Part shown: positions 13,144-23,617 of the stretch, in pieces
Layout: each line of letters opens with the position of its first letter
Position numbering within the stretch: position 1 is the stretch's first letter
Origin: Amphiscolops sp. MND2022
Lineage: Eukaryota
Direction: 5' to 3'
NCBI GenBank assembly: GCA_964187785.1
Contig: OZ076409.1
Location: 39,682,001 to 39,742,000 of the forward strand
DNA: 60,000 bases
Notes under the pieces: generated by a model
Told to the model about the DNA's origin: nothing
The model's database searches: none
Seen by the model: only the letters and a program-made list of their open reading frames with translations
Made by a program: the position numbers and the translations under genes

Positions 13144-15858
13144 TCAATTTTCTTCGTCTGAGTCATCTCCACGATTGTCACTGTTTTCTTTTCTTGGGTC
13201 TTGACTACCGCTGCATCGGCTGCTGGTGTTTCCGGAGCTGCTCCCCGACTGGGTCTCACTGAATTCAGAGCGGGCTACCGGATCTTCATAGTCGAACATT
13301 AACTGCTCGAAGGGATGAATTGTTTTACTTGCTCGGAGGACAACATAACGTTGATTGTTGTCGGCAAATACAATGACATCAGTGGACTTCATATTGGCTT
13401 CTAAAACTGAGTGATTGGCAAGGCGACCCATACATCTACTATCAGGGTGGACAGGACACGTTTCCGCGGAGGCATTGATTATCCTTCGGCCGGGTCCTTT
13501 GACTTCAAGACAAAACTCCCGTTTAACACCTTCAATGGCGGATACTTCGTCCATTGATGTCTTGAGGAAAACCTGCCCGTGGTAATCAATGACGACTTCA
13601 TTTTTCTGGAAAACTCGGGTGGCAACGATTCCTCGTCCAAACTTGCTAAATGAAACTTGCGTGACTCCGGGCCATTTTTGAGATCGACATCTCTCCATAA
13701 GCAAAGTTTGATCTTCAAACTCCATATTGCTTGCCAATCCTTTGTAATAAATCTTCTGAATTGCCTTGTTCGTTTCTACTTTTGGGGTAATAAATATTGG
13801 GAGCACAAGTAGATAAACTTTTCTCAGGTCTTGGTTGCAGTCATTCTGCATCGTCCACTTCTGTCGCTGGAAATAGCTCTTCAGTCTCATTTCCAACGAA
13901 GCAAGGTCAGTTTTTCCATTCATATGCTTGAAAAAAGCATGGGCACGAGCTGATTGGCGGGCATATCTCTGTCGCTCCTGGTGCCTTCTCACCGCCGACT
14001 GCACGACCTGGTAGTCCAAGGCAATGTCCAGAGTCTGCCAAATTGCTCTAGTTTGGACCTTCAACTTAGGGAGTACTGCTTCAGTGTCGTTTGCGATGGG
14101 CAACACAACATGAAGGTGCCGTTCCAATTCCCACAGCGGGCTAGCACAGTGTTTCAGTACCTGTTTAAAACGATACCAACATTGAATTGTGTCTAAATGC
14201 ATTCTGAATTAATGATATCAACAGTGTACGTGTCACAGATAGATCGACCCCTGATTGGTACCAAAAACTAGCAAAACTAGCTCTACAATATAAATTGTCC
14301 CAGTTTCCACGGATTTTCAGTATAATTTGACTTGCTCAAAGAAAGCAATGCGGAAAGCAAGACCATATCTTTAAACACATGGCGTGGAAACCAGATACAA
14401 ATCTTAATACATTGCGAACTTTCACTCAAAGGGGTGTACACATTATTGCGCGTTACCATGAATGTCCTAGATTCCACGGTTTTAAGTTTGAATTGACTTA
14501 CTCAAAGAATGCATTGCGGAAAACAAGACCATATCTTTAAACACATGGCGTGGAAACCAAATACAAATCTTAATACATTGCGAACTTTCACTCAAAGGGG
14601 TATACACATTATTGTGCGTTACCATAAATGTCCTAGTTTGCACGGTTATTGAGTATAAAACGGCTCGCTTTTAAAAGTCTTCGAGAAAAAAAGACCATAT
14701 CTTTGAACACATGGTGAAAATCGAATACAAATCCTAACTCATAGTTCTATTCAAAGGGGTGTGATGATGATTTGTTTATACATACCGACTCCATATATTG
14801 GTCAACAACGTGGCTAGGTCGGAAGTTGGATTTCCCAGCTGAATTCACAAAAAACAATTCGGTGTACAGGATCCGATTGTCTGTCTCACTCAGCAGTCTT
14901 TCGAAAGGAGTCCCCTCACCGTGGTCCAGAAACTCGCTTCGAACACTCACGAAGTAGTCCACAAAGCCTTCCAATAACCATCGTGGGATATTGTAGCACG
15001 TTTTTCTGGCGCACCTCTCCGCTACATCTATCTCAAGCACGGAAGAGGCATTTTGGTCGTCTGATTCTTTCATCTTAACTGCTGCCTGCGCCACGGCGTG
15101 GACAGTCACATTGCTGACCTCCCGATCCAGAAAACCCAAGAATATTAAAACGTAAGCCATTAGACTTCGAAAGAACTCTATTTGGACCTTTTTCGTAGCC
15201 AGAATTCTCTTACTGCAACGCGATACATTCTCTGTTATTGTCCATTTAATGAAAGACTCCACTGTATCGGTTTTGTAATCAGGCTTCTTCTTCTTGGCGG
15301 GAACAGTCTAAAAAATGGAGAGTTTTCAAAAAGTGTCTTTATTGTATTTAAAACTGATAACGCATCCTCCAGGAATTAAAAAGTAAATTGGTTTCTATGA
15401 AACGTAACCCTTAATTGGAACGCAAAATTTGAACAATATGTATTCAGAAGTTTTACTATACTTACCATATCAACTGGTGGGGGCATTGGACGTTTGTTTG
15501 CTACATTATCGGAGCTTGGATGTCCATTGGACGGTTTTGGAGGAATTATGATCTCAGCTGGTAATTCGCTCTGATTGTTTAAAAGCTCGTTTATGACCTC
15601 TTCAGCTTCAGTCGGGAGATGTTCCGTTATTATTCCATCCTCATTGAAGCTGAATTCAGGTGGCTCTTGGAGGCGGAACGGAGTGCTGTTGAGTGGCCCG
15701 CCGGGTGTTTGGCTAAACATCACGGGCGATACCAGGGGCGTGAACAAACCAGAAGGAGTTTGCATTTGGGTTAATGTCAGAGGCGTAGACATGTCCGCGG
15801 AAGACGGTGTTGGAATTGGGGGCATCGACAAAGGCAGCGAGGTTTTATTTTGTTCCAT
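13144..15858 (-). CDS. Spliced ~643-aa protein: Pro/Ser-rich N-terminus + tyrosine-recombinase-like domain + SETD8/PR-Set7-like SET methyltransferase
   Basis: Phase-0 exons 15858-15466 (ATG|gtaagt), 15307-14786 (tttag|ACT, TCG|gtatgt), 14160-13144 (aaacag|GTA). SET motifs GRGIVATRVF, VIDYHG, GRLANHS, EQLMFDY. YR-like segments RSLMAYVLIFLGFLDREVSNVTV, LLEGFVDYFVSVR, LFFVNSAGK, TRAIWQT and RHQERQRY. Confidence 0.8.
14290..14760 (+). repeat. 166-bp repeat array 1 (~2.5-3 units) in intron 2 of the SET gene
   Basis: gacttgctcaaaga.. recurs at 14329 and 14495; same unit at 18950, 22980 and 25390. Confidence 0.9.
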
Positions 15859-16156
15859 TTAGGAAAGTTAGATTTTCTATTTTGACGGTCTGATTTTCAG
15901 AGACGATTTCAAGATAATGATTGTAGATTTCGAATATTTGTTTATATGAATTACGATAATATCTGATATTTAGTAATTAGTAGTGCCATATCCGGCTGTG
16001 CGACCGAAAACCTCAATCTTAAATGAGGCATGTAAAAAGCGTTATTTCGGAATGAGTCTAGTGTCTTCATTTCCAATTATTCCTAATAGTGCACCTGCTT
16101 CGTAATTAGGTGACGATTAGCTGTAATTAATTTGGGATGCAACCAATCTCGTTAGC

Positions 16157-16476
16157 GTCTTCTTTAACGCTCATCCCATCAACATTCATCACATAAAAAG
16201 TCTACATATTCTATTAGTTTCGAGCTTTAAAATAAAGTCTTCTTTAACGCTCATCCCATCAACATTCACCACATAAGGGGTTTACACATTCTATTAGTTT
16301 CGAGCTTTAAAATAAAGTCTTCTTTAACGCTCATCCCATCAATATTCACCACATAAGGGGTCTACATGTTTTATTAGTTTCGAGCTTTCAAATAAAGTCT
16401 TCTTTAACGCTCATCCCATCAACATTCACCACATAAGGTGTCTACACATTCTATTAGTTTCGAGCTTTAAAATAAA
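16157..16476 (+). repeat. 4 x 80-bp tandem repeat ending at the start codon (copy 1)
   Basis: gtcttctttaacgctcatccc... at 16157, 16237, 16317 and 16397; ATG at 16478. Confidence 0.95.
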
Positions 16477-16477
16477 A

Positions 16478-16849
16478 ATGCTTCTCCAAACCTTCTATGA
16501 AAATGAAGTTGTGCAAATCTTGGATCCTGCGACATCAATTTGGGAATCAGCGAAAATAATTTCCTTTGTGAGCGATTGGTGTGTAAGAATTAAATGGGTC
16601 GATTGGTCTTACAATAAAAAAGAAGATATCACTGTTCCCGAAGTATACAGACCTGACAAAAATTACTGGAATATTAGAAAATCCCACAATCTTGTCCGCG
16701 AAGAAACTGTGAGCAACAAAAGACGGTCAACACCTCTTAGCTACAACGCTCGTCGACTGGTCAGAAACGATCAAATTTACTTTTGGCAACCACAATGTAA
16801 CTGTGTAGATAGGAATGAGGCTAGTGTCTTCATTTCCAATTATTCCTAA
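16478..16849 (+). pseudogene. Truncated duplicate of the Tudor-like gene (N-terminal domain only, 123 aa)
   Basis: Near-identical to the first ~110 aa of the 17241 ORF, then reads into the duplicated promoter and stops. Confidence 0.75.
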
Positions 16850-16919
16850 TAGTGCACCTGCTTCGTAATTAGGTGACGATTAGCTGTAATTAATTTGGGA
16901 TGCAACCAATCTCGTTAGC

Positions 16920-17239
16920 GTCTTCTTTAACGCTCATCCCATCAACATTCATCACATAAAAGGTCTACATATTCTATTAGTTTCGAGCTTTAAAATAAAG
17001 TCTTCTTTAACGCTCATCCCATCAACATTCACCACATAGGGGGTTTACACATTCTATTAGTTTCGAGCTTTAAAATAAAGTCTTCTTTAACGCTCATCCC
17101 ATCAATATTCACCACATAAGGGGTCTACATGTTTTATTTGTTTCGAGTTTTCAAATAAAGTCTTCTTTAACGCTCATCCCATCAACATTCACCACATAAG
17201 GTGTCTACACATTCTATTAGTTTCGAGCTTTAAAATAAA
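16920..17239 (+). repeat. 4 x 80-bp tandem repeat (copy 2)
   Basis: Same units as 16157-16476, shifted by 763 bp. Confidence 0.95.
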
Positions 17240-17240
17240 A

Positions 17241-18679
17241 ATGCTTCTCCAAACCTTCTATGAAAATGAAGTTGTGCAAATCTTGGATCCTGCGACATCA
17301 ATTTGGGAATCAGCGAAAATAATTTCCTTTGTGAGCGATTGGTGTGTAAGAATTAAATGGGTCGATTGGTCTTACAATAAAAAAGAAGATATCACTGTTC
17401 CCGAAGTATACAGACCTGACAAAAATTACTGGAATATTAGAAAATCCCACAATCTTGTCCGCGAAGAAACTGTGAGCAACAAAAGACGGTCAACACCTCT
17501 TAGCTACAACGCTCGTCGACTGGTCAGAAACGATCAAATTTACTTTTGGCAACCAGAATGTAACTGTGTAGATAGCGAAAGATGCCAAGAGGACCGTTGC
17601 TGCGGGTCAGTTGTGATGGGTTGGGTAAAAATTAATGACCCTTTCTGTCAACAATGTTTGATAACCGACGTCGAGGACAATGATGAGTATGTTTCGTATC
17701 GCCAACTAAGAAATAAACCTTGTGTAAGAGACACTGAACCAGAAATTGATGAAACTGAACAAGATCATGAATCAGGATCTGACGTACATCGCCCATTCGT
17801 CAAAAAGCAAGCCCGTGTGACAAGCGCCACCCAACCGATGCCACAAGTCGACATTCTTTCCTTGCTTCCCAGTGTTGACGATGACGTTGAATTAACATAT
17901 GCACCCTGTGAAAATGATATCATAAAGGTAATGTTTTCTTGCTTTTTTGCTTACAAACTTTGCTTTTGAATTTTGATAACCCTGGATTGGCACCAAATTT
18001 TTCAAAGTATTTTTCCCACCAAATATTTGTTCAATCTTTTTATTTTCAGGTGGGATCTATTGCATCTTACGCAAATGATGATTTTGAAATCAAGAAGATT
18101 TACTATGATCATCAGAAGAGAAAAGCATGTGCATTCATGCAGAGCAGAAGTGACCCTGACATTGAAGTGCGCATCCCGACAATTCGTGTTGTCACAACAA
18201 CATCTTCTAAAGGCGATGTAATGGATTTTAATTCGCTTCTGGAGCCCATGGACCAAGCCTATGCTTTGTTTTCTGCAATAAAACGAATGGTGGGACTCTC
18301 AAGAAAGAAGCATTCCTTAACCGCAACATTAGTTCCCTGTACCCCACTGACAAAAAAACTCTGTGGCTTCGAAACTGGCAATCTCAAAGAGGCCGTTAAG
18401 TATAGTGTTGCAAACCAAGAGGGACATAAATGGTGCAACGGTACATGGGATACTGTACTTGGAAGAAATTGGGATATGATCCCATGTCACGCAAGCGATG
18501 GAGAAGATGTTCTTATAAAGACAATGAGGTTCATTGAACATCGAGAATTTGGCATGTTCACGATTCGTGTCCAGTTTTTGTCAAGCCAAGGCCACTACAA
18601 AAACAGCCAATATAGAGATCTGTTCGAAATGTACCTGTCTCAGATGCATGAAATACTCTTAAATACTCCTAAATTTTAA
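17241..18679 (+). CDS. Spliced ~438-aa protein with an N-terminal Tudor/chromo-barrel-like domain and an unknown C-terminal domain
   Basis: Exons 17241-17927 (AAG|gtaatg) and 18050-18679 (ttttcag|GTG), phase 0. FYENEVVQILDPATSIWESAKIISFVSDWCVRIKWVDW has the spacing and aromatic residues of Royal-family barrels; Cys-rich middle region. Confidence 0.7.
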
Positions 18680-18949
18680 AAAAACTTTCTATTCGTGTTT
18701 GATCATTTTTTGTTTCTTCAACAATTTATCTTTCATCATTATTAGTAATTATTACAATATAAGCTCCATGACCTTGTATTCTTGAAAATTCTTGAGAAAA
18801 GTCTTAGACTATCGAATTACTTTATTCTGAAATGTAATGCACTTGTCACATATAGATCAACCCCTGATTGGTACCAAAAATGATACAATCTCAACAATTT
18901 CCGGGATTTTATTTGCATGTTTTCCAACTTTTTTCAGGATATTTGATTT

Positions 18950-19365
18950 GCACCAAAAAGCAATGCGGAAAACAAGGACACATCCTAAAAAACATGGCAT
19001 GAAATCAAAACACAAATCGTAATGCATTGCTCAATTCTGTTCGTCTCGGTTTCCACGGATTTTCAGTAAAATTTGACTTGCTCGAAGAATGCAATGCGGA
19101 AGTCAAGACCATATCTTTAAACACATGCCGTGGAAACCAAATACAAACCTTAATACATTGCGAACTTTCACTCAAAGGGGTATGTATGTATGCAGACACC
19201 GGATTGCGCATTACCATAAATGTCCTGGTTTCCACGGTATTTAAGTGAAAATTGACTTGCTCAAAGAAAGCAATGCGGAAAACAAGGACATATCTTTAAA
19301 CGCATGGCGTGGAAACCAAACACAAGTCCTAATACGTTGCTCAATTTCATTCGAAGGGGCGTAGT
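18950..19365 (+). repeat. 166-bp repeat array 2 (diverged), between the Tudor-like gene and the transposase
   Basis: caatgcggaaaacaaggac...gtggaaacc...cattgcgaactttcactcaaagggg units. Confidence 0.85.
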
Positions 19366-19762
19366 CATGGTTTTCAGAAAATAATCAAACAATTTTTGTT
19401 TTTCTTTTTTTATTACCTTTTGAGTATTTCCAATCAGATAACGCTTTACCAAGATGAAACAAACAGTCCTGAGAAGTGAAAACTTCTAATTACGAGTGAT
19501 AAGACTTAATGGAAGACTCTTTTGCATCTGATTGTGATTATTGACAAAATGGCCTTGGGTGATATGGACTCAAATTATTAAAGTATAATTGAACCGTAAT
19601 TCATCAGTTTAATGAAGAGACTCAAAACCGGACTCATTTCACTTGTGGGTTTGTGTATCTAATTGCATTTCATTTTATTGTATGGTGAGGGTTGCAGTCT
19701 GACAAATGTTCTACAATCTATACAATTTCACTTTGCAATAAACCTAAAAACCAGCTTTAGAA

Positions 19763-22700
19763 ATGACTCCACTGTCAATGTGGGAAAGAAATATTATCGA
19801 AGCGGAAAATGGGAAATTCTTCGCTAACTGTCGACTTTTTGACGATATATCCGGAAAAGAAATACCGAATAAGTTTCGGAAGTTCGAGACACTTGTTGGG
19901 GAAATGTTGACTGGGACAAATTTAAATTCAAAAGAATTCATTCGAAGAATTGCTGTTAAAGGCCAGAAAACCCCCCCTGTATTTGTAGCAGCAAAATTGG
20001 CAAAACTACTTGTACTGCGTGGATTTAAAGACTTCCCTTGGAACTCAGCCAGAAGAGAGTTTGTCAGTTTGTTTTTCAATAATGATGTCATACCATATAA
20101 CAATCCTTACATGAAAGACACCCTTGTGACACCTGCAGATGCGACTCCTGAAGATTCGGCCCCTGAAGGTCAAGTCAGTGACAATTCTCTCTCAAAAGAA
20201 AGAAAGCTAGAAATATCAGACGCCAAAAAAGTCAAACATGAACAAACTGATCCAATTAGAACAGATCTGATGTCAGAAGTTGGGTTCAACAGTTTCATGA
20301 AAAAAATCAAAAGCTCTGCAAATAAGAGAAAAGATCAACGATTCACAAAAAAGAGGACCCAAACTTAGTCAAAAAAATTGTAGAAGATCTTTTCGAAAAA
20401 AGAGGATCTACTGATGAGTTCAGGCACCATTTATCTCTTGTCACGAAAACGGGTAACACGGAAGATGTTATAAAAGTTATTCGAACAAGACTTTCAATTG
20501 TTGGACTCGGATACAATTTAGTCCCATGCATTCGATTGGTCAAGAAGTCAACATCCGAAATTCAGTCCTACTTTACAGCAATGTGTGAGCCAGAAAGAAC
20601 CTTTTCTGGTTTTCGCTGCAACCTGATAAAATGCGTGGAGACGGTGTCATACTTCTTGTTTGGAACGAAAGAACTCAATGGCCAACGAGTTGATATCTGG
20701 GGAGATGGTTGTGAAATTGGAGGTGTCGAAACAACACGAATTGCATTCCGGATCCTTACTGACAAAATGAAGTGTCAATCATCCGATGCAGTATTCTGTT
20801 TTGCTGCATACAGGGGTAAAGATAGTAGATTCGCAATGGAGCAAAACCTTGGGCCAACTATAGCTGGAGTTCAAGAGTCTGGTTGGCTTTTTATGAAGAC
20901 CCTGGAACTATCAAAACGCGGAGTTAATTTAACATACAGTGGCGATTCGCCGTTTTTAATGAGATTGGTGCTCGGAATCACAAATGAATCAGCTAGCCCA
21001 TCGAAAATGCCACTCTATATAACAGAACTTGATTACACACCAACAAAATGTCATCATGAAACTGGTCTACGATCTGATGTTATTATACCCTTCAGAACGG
21101 ATCTTCCAAAATCTTCCTTGGTCTTCTACGAAAATATACAATCAGTTTGTCCTGATGCCACGCATATGACCACCCGTTGTGTTGAAAATGACCTCCAAAG
21201 AATTGCACAGAAAATTATCAGAGAAAAGCATCCTAATCATGATGTAGCAATTCGCCAGCTTGAAGAAAACTTGACAAGAAGAGATGCGAGACCATACTTT
21301 CAGTTCAACATATCTCATAGAAGTGGTTCGTGTATCGGTACTGTAGGTGCAGTATCCCTCTCAGGTGGTAGTGCTCTAGCGGTCATTGCTGATAAAGAGG
21401 AGCTTGCAGGTGCAAAAGACGGTAAAATTAGCGATCTTTACCATGGTGTTTGGGGTCCCGAAGATATCATTGTTGGCAGTGAAGAAAACGCAAATGTCCC
21501 TTGCGTTAACATCCTAAGAAACTGGTTTCCTAAACTTTTCAATAAAAATAACCCCAAGCAAAAAGAGTCCAATGACAAATTCATATCTGCTTTTGATGCT
21601 TGCGAACTCCTGCGATCGTGTTTAAACCAATGTGTTTTATGTCTGCGAGCAGAAGAATTCAACAGTGAAACGTTCAAAAAATGGGCTGAAGTTTATTACC
21701 AAACCAATATCTTGATATTCGGGCATGCCGGTTTGACACCTTATAAATTGAAAATGCTGATGTTTCCTCAACTTGTTGAGAGTGGATATATAAAGATATA
21801 AGACCATTTGATCATTTGTGTGAAGGTCTTGAAAAATCGAACCACCAAGCTAATCGTGGCTTTCAGACAAAGACAATGCGCGGAGAAGGTAAGATCTATC
21901 ACAAGGATCCACTATTCCTCGAGTCGTCCTTTTCTTTCTTGAAATTTTTAAGATTCGCAGTTGAAGTTGAAGACAAAGGCTCGGACGCTGAACCAACTTC
22001 TAAGATTATCATGGAACCTGAACAAGACGCAACAACAGAGGTCTACTTTGATGACCATAATATGACTGGAAACAGAAAGATCTATCAGACAGTTTCGAAC
22101 AGTACCACAAACAGCGTAATGAGTATACTTCATAGTGCAACAAAAGTGATGGGCATTGACGTTCCGGGACCTGAGTACCTTGATATTTGCCGCATAGAAC
22201 CACCGTTAACAACTATCGCCATTGGATGTCAAGAAAATCCTTTAAGTGGATTAAGATTTTGTCTGCTTGGTCGCTTGGGTACTTGGAAAAAACATACTCT
22301 AACACATGACATGGTGAAACAATTGATCATCAATATGGGAGGAACTGTTCTAGAAAATGAACGAGCTGACGTGTTGATGAGCACCCATTCACAGCTCCCC
22401 AATTGTTTTGTTCTCGTCAAGGACGAAAAAGACTTAATCTTAGGTACCGGTTCCACAGAGGAAATTAATGACATGAAGAAATCAAGGAAAAGAGGGTCAT
22501 CAGTAACACGGGAGGGTGGAAATGAACCATCACAATATTCCAAAATAGCAAAACGATTCGCAGCTGGGGGTTTCAAATTCTTGAATATCGAATTTTTATC
22601 TGAAGTTGACGAGAAAAAAATGCTGATTGACCCGGAGCCATACATTCTTCAGCCCGGATCCAAACTTGTTGAAAATCGTGTCAACGACAAAGACCTTTGT

Positions 22701-22841
22701 TCTTGGACCAATGCAGTGGAAAAACACTGGGTGAAGGTGTATCTGCGATTGTCGCTCTCAAGAGATACCGTGATGGCACTTTTAAACAACTTTCGTTTTG
22801 ATTTACTGTTCTCTTCTAATTCATATGTTACCCGAACTTGA
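19763..22841 (+). CDS. RAG1/Transib-like DDE transposase with C-terminal BRCT domain (~1000 aa; frameshifted in this assembly)
   Basis: Ordered RAG1-core-like motifs: IWGDG (D1), QSSDAVFCFAAYRGKDS, SGDSPFLMRLVLG (D2), CPDATH, LTPYKLK, CEGLEKSNH (E). BRCT-like PLSGLRFCLLG...VKQLIINMGGTV. Frames join at the A6 run 20347-20352 and at ~21795-21800; possible third shift at 22689-22691. Confidence 0.75.
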
Positions 22842-22979
22842 AACTATTCAATAAATTCTTCAAAAATAAGTATTTTCATTAGGTTTATTAAGATGCTCCT
22901 ACGAAACTAGTTTTACATATCATAGATTGGTGCCAAAAAGCACACAATATTGGGCTCCGTTTCGGCAAACTTTCGTTTG

Positions 22980-23365
22980 TCTTGGTTTCCACAAATTGAA
23001 TGCGCATTACCACAAATGTCCTAGTTTCCACGGTTTCAAGTTTGAATTGACTTACTCAAAGAATGCAATGCGGAAAACAAGACCATATCTTTAAACACAT
23101 GGCGTGGAAACCAAATACAAATCTTAATACATTGCGAACTTTCACTCAAAGGGGTATACACATCATTGCGCGTTACCATGAATGTCCTAGTTTCCACAGT
23201 TTTAAGTTTGAATTGACTTACTCAAAGAATGCAATGCGGAAAACAAGACCATATCTTTAAACACACGGCGTGGAAACCAAATACAAATCTTAATACATTG
23301 CGAACTTTCTTTCAAAGGGGTATACACATTATTGCGCGTTACCATAAATGTCCTGGTTTCCATTG
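22980..23365 (+). repeat. 166-bp repeat array 3, between the convergent transposase and JmjC genes
   Basis: Two near-complete units starting ~23049 and ~23215. Confidence 0.9.
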
Positions 23366-23617
23366 AGTTTTTACCTAGCGGAAATTCACTGTTGAGGTAT
23401 ACTCCTGATTTTTCTCCTATTATTCTTGCATAATCTTGGAAATTATTGCATTAGACGTCCAAACGTTTCAAAGCATGTTTTGAATAATTGAGAATTTTTC
23501 AATTCGTTTTCCAATTAAACTTCTTGCGCTCGTCACTGAATAAAACAGATTGTAAGGTATTTGGCAGTTTTGTCATTTATTTGTATGATACTGAAAATCT
23601 AAATCTGAATCTACAGT

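Larger units (their letters stand above)
16050..17575 (+). repeat. 763-bp near-identical tandem duplication (16050-16812 / 16813-17575) of the promoter and 5' part of the Tudor-like gene
   Basis: ATGs at 16478 and 17241 are 763 bp apart and begin near-identical sequence; junction gtagatag|gaatgaggctag. Confidence 0.95.

Noticed and set aside
14161..14203. Alternative acceptor at 14203 giving an NAFRH recombinase-like motif, or Met start at 14202
   Set aside because: The NAFRH frame stops after 12 codons; the acceptor before 14160 matches the phase-0 donor and keeps the SET frame open.
16157..17239. 80-bp repeats as a CRISPR-like array
   Set aside because: Units are repeated over their whole length with no unique spacers; eukaryotic context and no cas genes.
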